Below, piece after piece: positions 49,125 to 59,240 of a DNA stretch of 64,000 nt; position 1 is the first letter of the stretch, and the number at the start of each line of letters is the position of its first letter. The stretch comes from Vulcanisaeta sp. AZ3 (GTDB lineage: Archaea; Thermoproteota; Thermoprotei; Thermoproteales; Thermocladiaceae). The translations under genes were made by a program, and so were the position numbers. The stretch covers positions 11,250 through 75,249 of the forward strand of contig JZWU02000003.1 of NCBI GenBank assembly GCA_000960865.2. Reading direction: 5' to 3'. The notes beneath the pieces were generated by a model. That model worked only from the letters and a program-made list of their open reading frames with translations. It did not search any database and had not been told where the DNA came from.

Positions 49125-51464
49125 GTGTCGGTGGTTATTGATTCATATGTTGTTGATCTATATGTTAGGTTTCGGGACTTAACCTACGGTGGCTCCGTGG
49201 AAATGAACGTGAGCTCAGATGGTGAACTCCTCATTAATTCCGTAGATTTATCCATAAGATCCGTATCAATTGATGGTAAACCGATTAAGTATAGTTATGA
49301 TGGTAAGGTGATTAAGATTGATGGTCCTGTGAACGGTGTTGTGAGGATTGAGTTTGAGGGTAAAATACCCGATAGATTATTAGGTATTTATAGGGCTCCT
49401 TACGGCGATAGTTACATAATCACCACACAATTTGAGCCTACGGGTGCCAGGTACTTCATACCGTGCATAGACCACCCAGCTGTTAAGGCTAGGTTTAGGT
49501 TTAGGGTTCGTGTTGATGGTGACTACGATGCAATCTTTAACACACCCCCACTTAGAGTTTATTGGGATGGCAGTTGGAAGGTCTTTGAGTTTGCAGATAC
49601 TCCGAGAATGTCCACATACTTAATTTACCTGGGTATTGGTAGATTTTACGAGATTAGGGATAAGGTCGGTAATGTGGATGTAATATTCGCAACACCCCTG
49701 AGTGATAGAGTTGAGGAGGGGGCTTTCGCAATTGATGTTGCTAAGAAGGTTCTTGAATTTTACAGTAATTACTTTGAAATACCTTACCCACTCCCAAAGC
49801 TGCACTTAATACATGTGCCTGAGTTTGCGGCTGGTGCCATGGAGAACTGGGGTGCCATAACCTTCAGGGAGACTGCCCTCTTGATTGGGAGGGGGAGTAC
49901 TGAGGCTTCGAGAAGGCGTGTGGCTGAGGTTGTGGCTCATGAAATTGCTCATCAATGGTTCGGTGATTTAGTGACTATGGCTTGGTGGGATGATCTATGG
50001 CTTAACGAGTCCTTTGCGACGTTCATGAGTTATAAGGCCATGGATGCGTTATTTCCGGAATGGAATGTTTGGTTTAGATTCTTGGCTGACGAGACGATGA
50101 ATTCTATGCTTAGGGATTCATTAATGAGTACGCACCCAGTCCATGTACCTATTGCAAGCGAGGAGGAGGCTTTTGAGATATTTGATGATATTAGTTACGG
50201 TAAGGGTGCCAGCTTACTACGGATGCTGGAGAATTATGTTGGTAAGGAAGACTTTAGGAGGGGCCTAAGTAATTACTTAAAGGGACATGCTTATTCTAAT
50301 GCTACTGAGGATGGCCTTTGGAGGAGTATTGAGGAGGTCAGTGGTAAGCCCATAATGAAAATAATGAAGGCTTGGGTTGATAAACCAGGGCATCCGGTAA
50401 TTACCGTAGAGACAGAGACCCAAGGCGTTACTCTTAGGCAGGCTAGGTTTGTGTTTGGTGGTAATGTAACTGATACTTGGCCGATACCTATTGTATTCAG
50501 GGTTAATGACAGGGTGAACAGAGTATTGATGGAGGGTGATTCATTATCACTCAACATACCCGAAACTACATTTCTGAATGTTGGTGGTAGTGGTTATTAT
50601 AGGGTTAAGTATAATGATTGGTCTAAGGCCCTTAACAATGCCTCTGACGATATTGAGAGGTGGAGCGTGCTTAATGATGCCTACTCACACCTACTTCAGG
50701 GTTCGGTTAGTTTAGATGAGTATTTACGCCTTGTTAAGTCCGTTAATAATGTCGTTAATTACTTACTCACAACATCATTAATAATGCAACTGGGAACCCT
50801 ATACTCAATAAGGCCCTCGGCAATTAAGGAGGCCTTTGTGGATTATCTTAAGGCTCAGAGTAGGGCTTTGGAGGGTATGAGTGGTATTGATGATGTTAGA
50901 GAGATCGTATTGGCAAGGAGGGCATTGATTGATGAGGATTATGCAAAGACCTTGGCGGACATGGTTAAGGATTATGAAAATGCTAACCCTGTGATGAGGC
51001 AGGCAATTGTTAATGCTTATGCCATAGTTGGTGATAATCCATTTGAAACCTTAAAGAATTTATACAGATCATTGAGGACTGATGAGGATAGGGTTAGGGT
51101 GCTCTCAGCAATGCTTAGCATACCGAGGGTTGAGGAATATGCTAAGGCTCTTGATTTCTTGGTCTCTGGCGAGGTTAAGAAGCAGGATGTTAGGATGTTC
51201 ATTGTTGGTGCTAGGAACCCATTCACAAGGGATGTAAGCCTTGATTGGTTGGTGAAGAATTATAAATTATTCATCGAGGCATACGGAGATCCAGGTACTT
51301 TATCGAGGACTTTAATAGCCACGATACCAATAATTGGTATTGGACGTGAGGGAGAGGTCGAGAGGTTCTTGAGGAATCTAAATATTCCTGGTATTGAAAT
51401 GGGCGTTAATGCTAGCCTTGAATTATTGAAGGTTTATTCAGCTTTTTATTCTCGCTATGCATAA
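49125..51464 (+). CDS. M1-family aminopeptidase (tricorn-interacting factor F2/F3-like)
   Basis: TQFEPTGAR, GAMENWG, HEIAHQWFG...WLNE, ISYGKG. Confidence 0.95.
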   Translation: MSVVIDSYVVDLYVRFRDLTYGGSVEMNVSSDGELLINSVDLSIRSVSIDGKPIKYSYDGKVIKIDGPVNGVVRIEFEGKIPDRLLGIYRAPYGDSYIITTQFEPTGARYFIPCIDHPAVKARFRFRVRVDGDYDAIFNTPPLRVYWDGSWKVFEFADTPRMSTYLIYLGIGRFYEIRDKVGNVDVIFATPLSDRVEEGAFAIDVAKKVLEFYSNYFEIPYPLPKLHLIHVPEFAAGAMENWGAITFRETALLIGRGSTEASRRRVAEVVAHEIAHQWFGDLVTMAWWDDLWLNESFATFMSYKAMDALFPEWNVWFRFLADETMNSMLRDSLMSTHPVHVPIASEEEAFEIFDDISYGKGASLLRMLENYVGKEDFRRGLSNYLKGHAYSNATEDGLWRSIEEVSGKPIMKIMKAWVDKPGHPVITVETETQGVTLRQARFVFGGNVTDTWPIPIVFRVNDRVNRVLMEGDSLSLNIPETTFLNVGGSGYYRVKYNDWSKALNNASDDIERWSVLNDAYSHLLQGSVSLDEYLRLVKSVNNVVNYLLTTSLIMQLGTLYSIRPSAIKEAFVDYLKAQSRALEGMSGIDDVREIVLARRALIDEDYAKTLADMVKDYENANPVMRQAIVNAYAIVGDNPFETLKNLYRSLRTDEDRVRVLSAMLSIPRVEEYAKALDFLVSGEVKKQDVRMFIVGARNPFTRDVSLDWLVKNYKLFIEAYGDPGTLSRTLIATIPIIGIGREGEVERFLRNLNIPGIEMGVNASLELLKVYSAFYSRYA

Positions 51465-51603
51465 AACATTTATTAGGATTTTTGGTGATATCATCCGTGT
51501 GTCTTTAGGATTTTTATAGTATGGTTTTGAGATACATGTTGTCATTGATCATGATGAAGGCAAGATAACATTTATTTGCTTGATTAGTAATAACGTGCTT
51601 TGT

Positions 51604-52713
51604 ATGTCTATTCAGGATTTCATAGAGCTCCTCCGGAGGTTATCTGAGGCTTTCGGTCCCTCGGGTTTTGAAGATGAGGTTAGAGAGTTGGTGGTTGAGG
51701 AGTTGAGTCCTTATGTTGATGAGGTGTTTATTGATAAGTGGGGTAATGTGATTGGTGTTCGTTATGGTAGGCGTAGGGATCTTAAGGCCATGGTTGCTGC
51801 GCATATGGATGAGATTGGCTTGCTCATTGATAATATTGATAAGAATGGGGTTCTGTGGTTTAGGGCTATTGGTGGTTGGAATGAAGTAACTCTCGTGGGT
51901 CAGAGAGTTATTATTAAGGCAGGTAACGGGAGAAAGGTGAAAGGTGTGATTGGTGGCAGACCTCCACATATTACACCCCCTGGTAAAGAGAGGGAGGCGC
52001 CTGAGCTTAAGGATCTTTTCATAGACATTGGAGTATCTAGTGATGATGAGGTTAGGAAGTTGGGTATTAATGTTGGTTCTGTGGCTGTACTTGATAGGGG
52101 GTTCGAGGTATTGAATGAGAATGCCGTCACAGGCAAAGCCTTTGATGATAGAGTTGGACTTGCAGTAATGCTTTGGTCAGCTAGACAGTTAAGGGAGAGT
52201 GAGGTCACTACGTACTTTGTAGCCACGGTACAGGAAGAGGTTGGCCTACGTGGTGCCCAGGTTGCTGCTGATAGAATTTACCCGGACTTTGCGATTGCCC
52301 TGGATACTACAATAGCAGCTGATGTTCCTGGTGTAGGTGAGAGGGAGTATGTTACGAGGATTAGTAGAGGGCCCGCTATAAAGGTCATGGATGGTGGTAG
52401 GAGTGGCTTGTTCATAGCGTATCCGAAACTCACGAACTTCCTGGTGAGTGTTGCTGAGGATTTGAAGATACCTTATCAGCTTGAGGTTTTGGTTGGTGGC
52501 ACAACGGATGCTCTTGGTATTGCATTTCGCAGGGATGGTATACCAGCAACTACAATATCCATACCTACTAGGTATGTTCATAGCCCAGTGGAGCTTCTGA
52601 ATGTAAATGATGCTGTAAATGCAGCCAAGCTGCTGGCTGAGGCCCTTTCCAGGGTTAACGAGGAATTCGTAATGGAGCTTAGAGAGAAGGTGATTAAGGG
52701 AAAGACTGGTTAA
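51604..52713 (+). CDS. M42-family (TET-like) aminopeptidase
   Basis: GPSGFE, AAHMDEIG, KAFDDR, VQEEVGLRGA, GGTTDA, RYVHSP. Confidence 0.93.
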   Translation: MSIQDFIELLRRLSEAFGPSGFEDEVRELVVEELSPYVDEVFIDKWGNVIGVRYGRRRDLKAMVAAHMDEIGLLIDNIDKNGVLWFRAIGGWNEVTLVGQRVIIKAGNGRKVKGVIGGRPPHITPPGKEREAPELKDLFIDIGVSSDDEVRKLGINVGSVAVLDRGFEVLNENAVTGKAFDDRVGLAVMLWSARQLRESEVTTYFVATVQEEVGLRGAQVAADRIYPDFAIALDTTIAADVPGVGEREYVTRISRGPAIKVMDGGRSGLFIAYPKLTNFLVSVAEDLKIPYQLEVLVGGTTDALGIAFRRDGIPATTISIPTRYVHSPVELLNVNDAVNAAKLLAEALSRVNEEFVMELREKVIKGKTG

Positions 52714-52753
52714 TTCCTTTAAATTTATAGGAAATACAAGTCTGAAATCACCC

Positions 52754-54178
52754 TTACTGTGAGGTCAATTGATTTATGATGTCTATGGTTTTGCCTATTA
52801 ACTCTTCAACTCTACTCATGCTTAATGCTTCGCTGTATATCCTAAGCTTAGGCTCAGTACCACTACCCCTAATTAGGACCCAGGACCCGTCATTAAATAC
52901 GACCTTGACGCCATCTGTAGTTATTGGCCTTGGGTCAGGGCCTAATGAACTTAATTTAGTGAGTAGCGTATCTTTATTATTATTTACAAACTTCTTGGAG
53001 TCCTTCATATCTAAGTCAATTCTCTTAAAGTATGCTTTGCCGTACATACTTCTTACATGATTTATTAGGTCCGTTAGGTCTCCATACTCTGAGGCCATGG
53101 CCATAATCAATGATGCTGTGTATATGCCATCCTTATCGGGTATGTGCCATGAATAAACAAGACCGCCGCTCTCCTCACCACCCATATCTGCTTGTCCCTC
53201 GAGTATTGCTCTAGCCACGTACTTGACACCTACAGGTACCTCTATTACCTTGAAGCCATACTTAGTGGCTATGTTGTCGAGTATGTGTGTTGTTGATACA
53301 GTCCTAACTACACCTCTCTTAATCATGGACGCGGATGCTAGCCTCTCGACAACTATGGGTATTATGTCATTAGCCCCTAGGTAACCGTGCCTCTGATCAA
53401 CCAGCGCTATTCTATCAGAGTCACCATCATGTGAGATACCAACTTCGTACTTACCACTCGTTACCTCCTGAATAAGCTCTGGTATGTTCTGGGGCTCGGG
53501 GTTTGGGTCTCTACCTCCAAAGCTTGAATCGTAATTATTGTGTATTTCTGTAACGTCCATACCGAATTCTCTAAGTATTTTGCTTGTATAACCAATAGAT
53601 GTTGCATATATCGGGTCTATGAGGACCTTAAACTTTCTCCTTAACTTAAACATGCTTGTTACATTACTAATAACATGCTCAATGTACTCTGGAGCTGGGT
53701 CTATGGTTGATACGGGCCTTAATTCAAGACTTTTCACGCTTCTCGCAATGTTCTGCCACTCCTCTTGATACAACTTCTCTATCTGATCAGTATCCTCCTC
53801 CTGAGCCGGCGCGCCGACCTTACTTATGACCTTAAAGCCGTTGTAAATGGGTGGATTATGGCTGGCTGTTATTTGAACCATTAAGTCAAAGCCAAGGTTA
53901 TGGCCGTACCAAGCCACGACAGGAGTTGGTGTTGGATTATTGACCATAACCACATCAAGCCCATGATTCAACGCTACATTGGCAGTGATCCTAGCGAAGT
54001 CCTGGGATTTTCTTCTCGCGTCGAAACCCACTAGAACCTTACTCAAGCCATACTTCCTGGACCAATACCTAAATGTTGATTCTGCCAGTGTAGCCACTAG
54101 ATATTCTGTGAACTCCTCATCAATAACACCACGCACACCATCCGTGCCAAAGTGGAATGACAACTTATCAGCCATCAC
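52754..54178 (-). CDS. phosphoglucomutase/phosphomannomutase-family protein
   Basis: FGTDGVRG, ITASHNP, DGDSDR, GGEESGG, RGSGTEPKLRIYSE. Confidence 0.95.
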   Translation of the reverse strand: MMADKLSFHFGTDGVRGVIDEEFTEYLVATLAESTFRYWSRKYGLSKVLVGFDARRKSQDFARITANVALNHGLDVVMVNNPTPTPVVAWYGHNLGFDLMVQITASHNPPIYNGFKVISKVGAPAQEEDTDQIEKLYQEEWQNIARSVKSLELRPVSTIDPAPEYIEHVISNVTSMFKLRRKFKVLIDPIYATSIGYTSKILREFGMDVTEIHNNYDSSFGGRDPNPEPQNIPELIQEVTSGKYEVGISHDGDSDRIALVDQRHGYLGANDIIPIVVERLASASMIKRGVVRTVSTTHILDNIATKYGFKVIEVPVGVKYVARAILEGQADMGGEESGGLVYSWHIPDKDGIYTASLIMAMASEYGDLTDLINHVRSMYGKAYFKRIDLDMKDSKKFVNNNKDTLLTKLSSLGPDPRPITTDGVKVVFNDGSWVLIRGSGTEPKLRIYSEALSMSRVEELIGKTIDIINQLTSQ

Positions 54179-54339
54179 GAATTAATTCATTAGCCTTTTT
54201 TACCTTTTATCTATTGTTGAGAATTACAATTTATTGAAAATCTCGCTGTTATGGTTGGAGCGGTAGTTCCAGCTCCTTAGATATTTAAGGAGTCATCTTT
54301 GTTTGGTGAATTGAGTTAAAGATTCAGTTCCTAAGGCCT

Positions 54340-54449
54340 CGAGAATTCCTCCCACTCTTAACAGCTAAATGAGGGGTACAAACTCAAGCCGTTGAGAGAA
54401 CCAATCCTAAAGGAGGAAACCTTACCCTTCAGGGCAAGGAGGGAGTCAA
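54340..54449 (+). mobile_element. degenerate IS200/IS605-family right end (tnpB 3'/omega-RNA-like relic)
   Basis: ...AAACCTTACCCTTCAGGGCAAGGAGGGAGTCAA: subterminal CCCTTCAGGG hairpin then a TCAA end; a similar motif lies on the minus strand at 63643-63676. Family assignment is from recalled similarity. Confidence 0.5.
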
Positions 54450-55520
54450 CTTCGTACTCACTAGGTTTAGCCACCTTCTCATGATTAAATCTTCACTATA
54501 ATTCAAAGCCCTCTCTCTTGCCTTAATCCTCATTATGTTTGGGTAACCATTATTCCAAATCCTCAAGGCTCTATCGACGAGCTCTGAAGGATTATTCACT
54601 AACCAACCAGTTTCATTATTGATTACAGTCTCTGCGGGTCCTTGTTTATTATATGTTAATACAGGCGTACCGCAGGCCATGGATTCCACTGGAACATAAC
54701 CAAAGGGTTCATGGGTAAATGGGAAAACTGTGAACTTAGCATTTGCATAGAGTTTCACGAGCTCATCATCACTAACCCTACCCTTATAATCAATCATGCT
54801 ATGCCTAGTGAACCACTTGGGTAGCCAGGGAACCTTAGACCCAAAAGCAACTATCTTAATGCCATTATCAGCCAGGGCCTTTAAAACCTTAAACTCCGTC
54901 TCCTTACCCACGTAAGTAAGCACATAATCTTCACCGGGATTCTCCACTGGCTTGAAGAAGTTTGTGTTAATTGGTGGATGAATAATGTCACTAACAGTGA
55001 TTCCCCTACTTCTAACCATGTCTGCAGTAAACCTGGAATTTGCAACCACAAACCTAGAATTAACTATACCCTTGTGATAGACCATGTTCGCTGCCTTAAT
55101 TAATGGTGACGCAAGTAAGTAGCCCAACCTGTAATGCATCGGTGCTGTTTCAGTCATATCCTTCAGTAGATCTCCTACGTAGCCCTGGGCGTAGAATATG
55201 GTTGAAGGTATTGGTAATTCGAAGGATAGGTTTATCGTGATGCAGTCACTTCTATACACTACTTCACGAAATGCATTACGTATCCAAAGCCATAGATGCC
55301 CCAGCTGCCCACTGAGTGTGGGTTTTCCTATTAACTCTATGATATTGAGACCTTGAATTTCATGTTTAACTGATGAGTTTACGTATGGTGTTACTAATGT
55401 AACCCTGTAGCTCCTCAAACGTAAGAAGTAACCTAGCGTAACTGCAACTCTTATCGGACCCGTTACGCCATCAATTCCATCCACAATTAAATCAATGCAT
55501 TTATTACCGTCATTAACCAC
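54429..55520 (-). CDS. GT4-family glycosyltransferase
   Basis: VANSRFT, IHPPIN, GRVSDDEL, HEPFGYVPVESMACGTPV, ETGWLV. Confidence 0.93.
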   Translation of the reverse strand: MVNDGNKCIDLIVDGIDGVTGPIRVAVTLGYFLRLRSYRVTLVTPYVNSSVKHEIQGLNIIELIGKPTLSGQLGHLWLWIRNAFREVVYRSDCITINLSFELPIPSTIFYAQGYVGDLLKDMTETAPMHYRLGYLLASPLIKAANMVYHKGIVNSRFVVANSRFTADMVRSRGITVSDIIHPPINTNFFKPVENPGEDYVLTYVGKETEFKVLKALADNGIKIVAFGSKVPWLPKWFTRHSMIDYKGRVSDDELVKLYANAKFTVFPFTHEPFGYVPVESMACGTPVLTYNKQGPAETVINNETGWLVNNPSELVDRALRIWNNGYPNIMRIKARERALNYSEDLIMRRWLNLVSTKLTPSLP

Positions 55521-55532
55521 GGTTGATCACAT

Positions 55533-56060
55533 CTAGAGGTTCACGTTGCCCTCTATGTACATTCTGGCGAGCTCTAAGTAAGCCTTGTAGTTATTCCTTA
55601 TGTACTCTATATCCTCCTTACTAACTTGCCTAACTACCTTAGCTGGAACCCCAACCGCCACACTACCGGGTGGTATCTTAGTGCCTTGGGTAACTACGGC
55701 GCCTGCGCCTACTATACTACCGCTACCTATCACAGCACCATTGAGGATTATAGCGCCCATACCTATTATGACCTCATCCTCCACAGTAGCCCCATGCACT
55801 ATGGCCCTATGCCCTATGGTTACACCACGACCTACTCTGACAGGGTAGCTCTTATCTACGTGTATTACAGCTCCATCTTGTACGTTTGATTCGTCTCCAA
55901 TGACTATGGAATCCTCATCACCCCTAATTACTGCATGTGGCCATATGCTGACGTTATTGCCTATAACTACATCACCAATTACGTATGCCGTACTTGCTAT
56001 GAATACGTTACTTCCAATCCTAGGTGTCTTACCACCAACACTGACTATTGGCACGCACAC
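55533..56060 (-). CDS. gamma-class carbonic anhydrase-like protein
   Basis: Hexapeptide repeats, VIRGD, SNVQDGAVIH, TIGHRAIVHG, GVPAKV. Confidence 0.93.
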   Translation of the reverse strand: MCVPIVSVGGKTPRIGSNVFIASTAYVIGDVVIGNNVSIWPHAVIRGDEDSIVIGDESNVQDGAVIHVDKSYPVRVGRGVTIGHRAIVHGATVEDEVIIGMGAIILNGAVIGSGSIVGAGAVVTQGTKIPPGSVAVGVPAKVVRQVSKEDIEYIRNNYKAYLELARMYIEGNVNL

Positions 56061-56099
56061 TAATAATGTAAGGCTTATTAAAGTATTAGGATTTATTCG

Positions 56100-56918
56100 T
56101 TGATGTCATCACAAGTACTATTTGATGTTAAGATTAAGTCAATACCGCGAGACTCAAGGAACATCCTAATAATGGCATGCCCAGAACCAAGTTTAGCGTC
56201 CGTGGTCACGATTGAGTACTTAGTCGAAACATTGAAGATGGAAGAAATAGGCTCTATAAAGCCTAGAAATGCGATCCCCATAATAACGGTTATGAACGGT
56301 GCCGCTAAACTACCCTACCTACTCTTCTACAGTAAGGAGTATAATCTAATTACCATTAGGCAGCACGTACCAATACCGCCAAATGCCTATAGGCAGTTCA
56401 TGAATAAGATTTTAGATTGGGCTGAGGAGAATGGCATTAACCGCATTGCGTGCCTAACAGCAACCGCAGCACTTAGCGAAAAGGAGTCAGAAACCGTATA
56501 CTTTGTAAGTGAGGAGAACCATGTTGATGAGTATAAGAACTTAGGCCTCGAACCATTAGGAGAGGCCACAATTACGGGTATAGAGGCTATTTACCTCGAT
56601 GCAGTCCTTTCCAGGAACCTAAACGGTGTCTTACTGCTCGCAGAATCTAAGCTCCTCTCAACAATAAGTAAATTAATGCTTGGTGGTAAGATTGCAAACC
56701 ACAGAGACCTATTAGCAATACTTAACCAAACTGTTGGTCAATACGGGCCTGATGTAACTGCAGCACTGAAGTTAGTCAAGGCCGTGGGTAAACTAATAAA
56801 TGCTGAGATTCCTGTCGATAAATTAACCGAACATGCTAATAAATACGCATTCCTAATTGAGAAAAACCTAGAGGAATATATGAAACCTCCCAAGGAAGAA
56901 GTACCCATATATTACTAA
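56100..56918 (+). CDS. PAC2-family proteasome assembly chaperone homolog
   Basis: ACPEPSLASV (cf. GFPGxGLVG), IEYLVETLKMEEIG, GPDVTAA, IPVDKL; C-terminal IYY. Confidence 0.8.
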   Translation: MMSSQVLFDVKIKSIPRDSRNILIMACPEPSLASVVTIEYLVETLKMEEIGSIKPRNAIPIITVMNGAAKLPYLLFYSKEYNLITIRQHVPIPPNAYRQFMNKILDWAEENGINRIACLTATAALSEKESETVYFVSEENHVDEYKNLGLEPLGEATITGIEAIYLDAVLSRNLNGVLLLAESKLLSTISKLMLGGKIANHRDLLAILNQTVGQYGPDVTAALKLVKAVGKLINAEIPVDKLTEHANKYAFLIEKNLEEYMKPPKEEVPIYY

Positions 56919-57011
56919 GTCCATCGTATTATTAAAATTATGCCAAACCTCATAAATCTAGATAGGCCGTGCTAGTAGTGCTTAATTACCTATACATTAC
57001 TGTCTAGTCGT

Positions 57012-57800
57012 ATGGATCTAGGGTTAAGGGGTAAGGTGGCTATTGTAACTGCTTCTTCGAGGGGCATTGGTAAGGGTGTGGCTAAGGTGCTAGCTCAGGA
57101 GGGTGTGAAGGTTATGCTCTTCGCTAGGAAAGAGGAGGAATTAAAGGCCGCGCTGAATGAGATTAAGGCTTTGGGTGGTGATGCCTCTTATGTAGTTGGT
57201 GACATAACTATTAAGGAAGATGTAAATAAGTTAATTGAAGAGACTAGGAGTATAATGGGTCCCGTGGATATCCTAGTATACAATACAGGCCCACCTAAGC
57301 CAGGTTACTTCGGTGAGTTGAGTGATGAGGATTGGGAGTATGCAACAAGATTATTATTGCTCTCGGCTGTTTGGTTGACAAGAGGTGTCATTAATGATAT
57401 GGTGAGCAGAGGTTGGGGTAGGCTAATATACTTAACATCCATGAGCCTTAAGAGCGCAATACCAAACCTGGTCCTCTCAAATACTGTGAGGATATCCTTG
57501 GCGGGTTTGGTCAAGTCCTTAGCCATTGAATATGGGCCTAGGGGAGTTACGGCGAATGGTATAATGCAGGGACACATATTCACTGATAGGACGAGACAGT
57601 TAGCTGAGGATGAGATGAGGAGGAGGGGTGTACCGATGGAACAGGTTTTGAAAGAGATGGCAAAGGACATACCTGTGGGTAGGTACGGAACACCAGAGGA
57701 CATAGGTTACCTAGTAGCCTTTTTAGCTAGTGATAAGGCATCTTACATAAATGGTGCCATGATATTGATAGATGGAGGATTACTCAGATGTACACTTTAG
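57012..57800 (+). CDS. short-chain dehydrogenase/reductase
   Basis: MDLGLRGKVAIVTASSRGIG, NTGPPKPG, LSNTVR, GRYGTPED, IDGG. Confidence 0.93.
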   Translation: MDLGLRGKVAIVTASSRGIGKGVAKVLAQEGVKVMLFARKEEELKAALNEIKALGGDASYVVGDITIKEDVNKLIEETRSIMGPVDILVYNTGPPKPGYFGELSDEDWEYATRLLLLSAVWLTRGVINDMVSRGWGRLIYLTSMSLKSAIPNLVLSNTVRISLAGLVKSLAIEYGPRGVTANGIMQGHIFTDRTRQLAEDEMRRRGVPMEQVLKEMAKDIPVGRYGTPEDIGYLVAFLASDKASYINGAMILIDGGLLRCTL

Positions 57801-57876
57801 GTGGAGAGATTGGCAGTGTTTAAAACACAATGTTTAAACATGATGCCAAGGTTTATAATTTACTGAGTTTATCGTA

Positions 57877-58887
57877 TTGCTGTTGATGGATTATTCACTT
57901 GAAATTAACCTTAAGGATAGGAGTAGGTATGAGAATATTGTAAGGTCAATCGTAGAATATGGGTCATCAGTAAAGGACGCAATATTCGAAAATCTACCCA
58001 ATGAATTAATAACACCCTATCAGAGGATTCGTGAAATCTACAATCAAGAGATCATTAGGGGCAAAGGTAAACTTGATACTAACTCAGTGGTACAGCAATA
58101 TATGAATGTACCAGGGGCCGAGGAGTTAGTGAGGTATTTACTATTAGCCACGGTTTTACTCACGGGCTTTAAAAACCTTAGGAACGAGTTAATATATAGG
58201 GTAATGGCCAGGAATTATGACCACATAATTAACTTAATTAAAAGCCCGAGTTACGGCATTATCAATAATGTGAGTAATGTATTACTGAAGGGGTATGTCA
58301 GTGAGGGTATTAAGGGTGAAGATATTGGGGAAGTTAGTAATGCCATACATAGCTTCACCTACGGGCTTAGGAAATTAGTAAATGCTAGAAAAACAACACT
58401 CCTTAGATGGGTGTCTAAGTTCAGGGATATTGAGAATTTCGAGAGAGAACTAGTGCTTTTCTATCCAACGAGAGCCAACGAAAGAAGAAGAAGAGCGATT
58501 AAGACATTCATTAGGTGGGTCTCTCACGAGACAAACCTACCCATTGCACTAGAAATAATGAGAAGAGGAGCATATAGGCGTTATGCAATGGCAGCAGATA
58601 TCTATAGCACAATGGTAACCATAAGAAGCGGTGCATTCCTTACCTTAAGGGATGACCGAATAATCAAGATAATAAATAAGATCATGATAAATAGAGAAAC
58701 TGGAACCACCGTAAGGATTGATGAAGTTAAGGGTCTCGTTAGAAGCATCGGTAGAATAAGCAACGACCCAATAATATATGAAAGAGGCGCCTTCAAGATA
58801 GGCCATGACTATTGCTCAAAGTTAAAGTGCAACGAATGCCCAATTAATAGGGTCTGTATGAAATTCACATGGGTGAGAATAAAATGA
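57877..58887 (+). CDS. uncharacterised protein with C-terminal EndoIII/HhH-GPD-like region and 4-Cys Fe-S motif
   Basis: AIKTFIRW, ADIYSTMVTIRSG (cf. VDxHVxRV.xRxG), IGHDYCSKLKCNECPINRVC. Confidence 0.7.
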   Translation: MLLMDYSLEINLKDRSRYENIVRSIVEYGSSVKDAIFENLPNELITPYQRIREIYNQEIIRGKGKLDTNSVVQQYMNVPGAEELVRYLLLATVLLTGFKNLRNELIYRVMARNYDHIINLIKSPSYGIINNVSNVLLKGYVSEGIKGEDIGEVSNAIHSFTYGLRKLVNARKTTLLRWVSKFRDIENFERELVLFYPTRANERRRRAIKTFIRWVSHETNLPIALEIMRRGAYRRYAMAADIYSTMVTIRSGAFLTLRDDRIIKIINKIMINRETGTTVRIDEVKGLVRSIGRISNDPIIYERGAFKIGHDYCSKLKCNECPINRVCMKFTWVRIK

Positions 58888-59150
58888 GCATAGACATACC
58901 TGACGAGTTAAGGAACATCATCGAGGAGATAACGAGAAATAAATTAAGGGAGATTAAGGGTAAGGTCGAAACCTTAAGCTTCGTCGATTCAGTAATTGAG
59001 GAGGTAAGAAGGAGGGGAATTACATTGGATGAGGATATGGAGGCTAAGGCAAGACCATACGTAGTAGACATATTATGGTCGCTAAGGAAGAAGGGAATAC
59101 TCACGATGGATGAAGACCTACTCCACTTTACAGTAACGCAACAAACTTAA
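58884..59150 (+). CDS. small hypothetical protein, translationally coupled to the upstream gene
   Basis: ATGA start/stop overlap at 58884-87; C-terminal ILWSLRKKGILTMDED resembles a winged-helix end. Confidence 0.75.
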   Translation: MSIDIPDELRNIIEEITRNKLREIKGKVETLSFVDSVIEEVRRRGITLDEDMEAKARPYVVDILWSLRKKGILTMDEDLLHFTVTQQT

Positions 59151-59214
59151 CCAATACCAATAAATTAATGACTACTAACCAAGTAATAGCCCCCTGTATG
59201 CATCCACACCATAG

Positions 59215-59240
59215 CCTGCCCAGGCTGTGGCCTGGGCAGG
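59215..59240. repeat. 11-bp perfect GC-rich inverted repeat
   Basis: CCTGCCCAGGC-tgtg-GCCTGGGCAGG in an otherwise AT-richer intergenic region. Confidence 0.85.
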
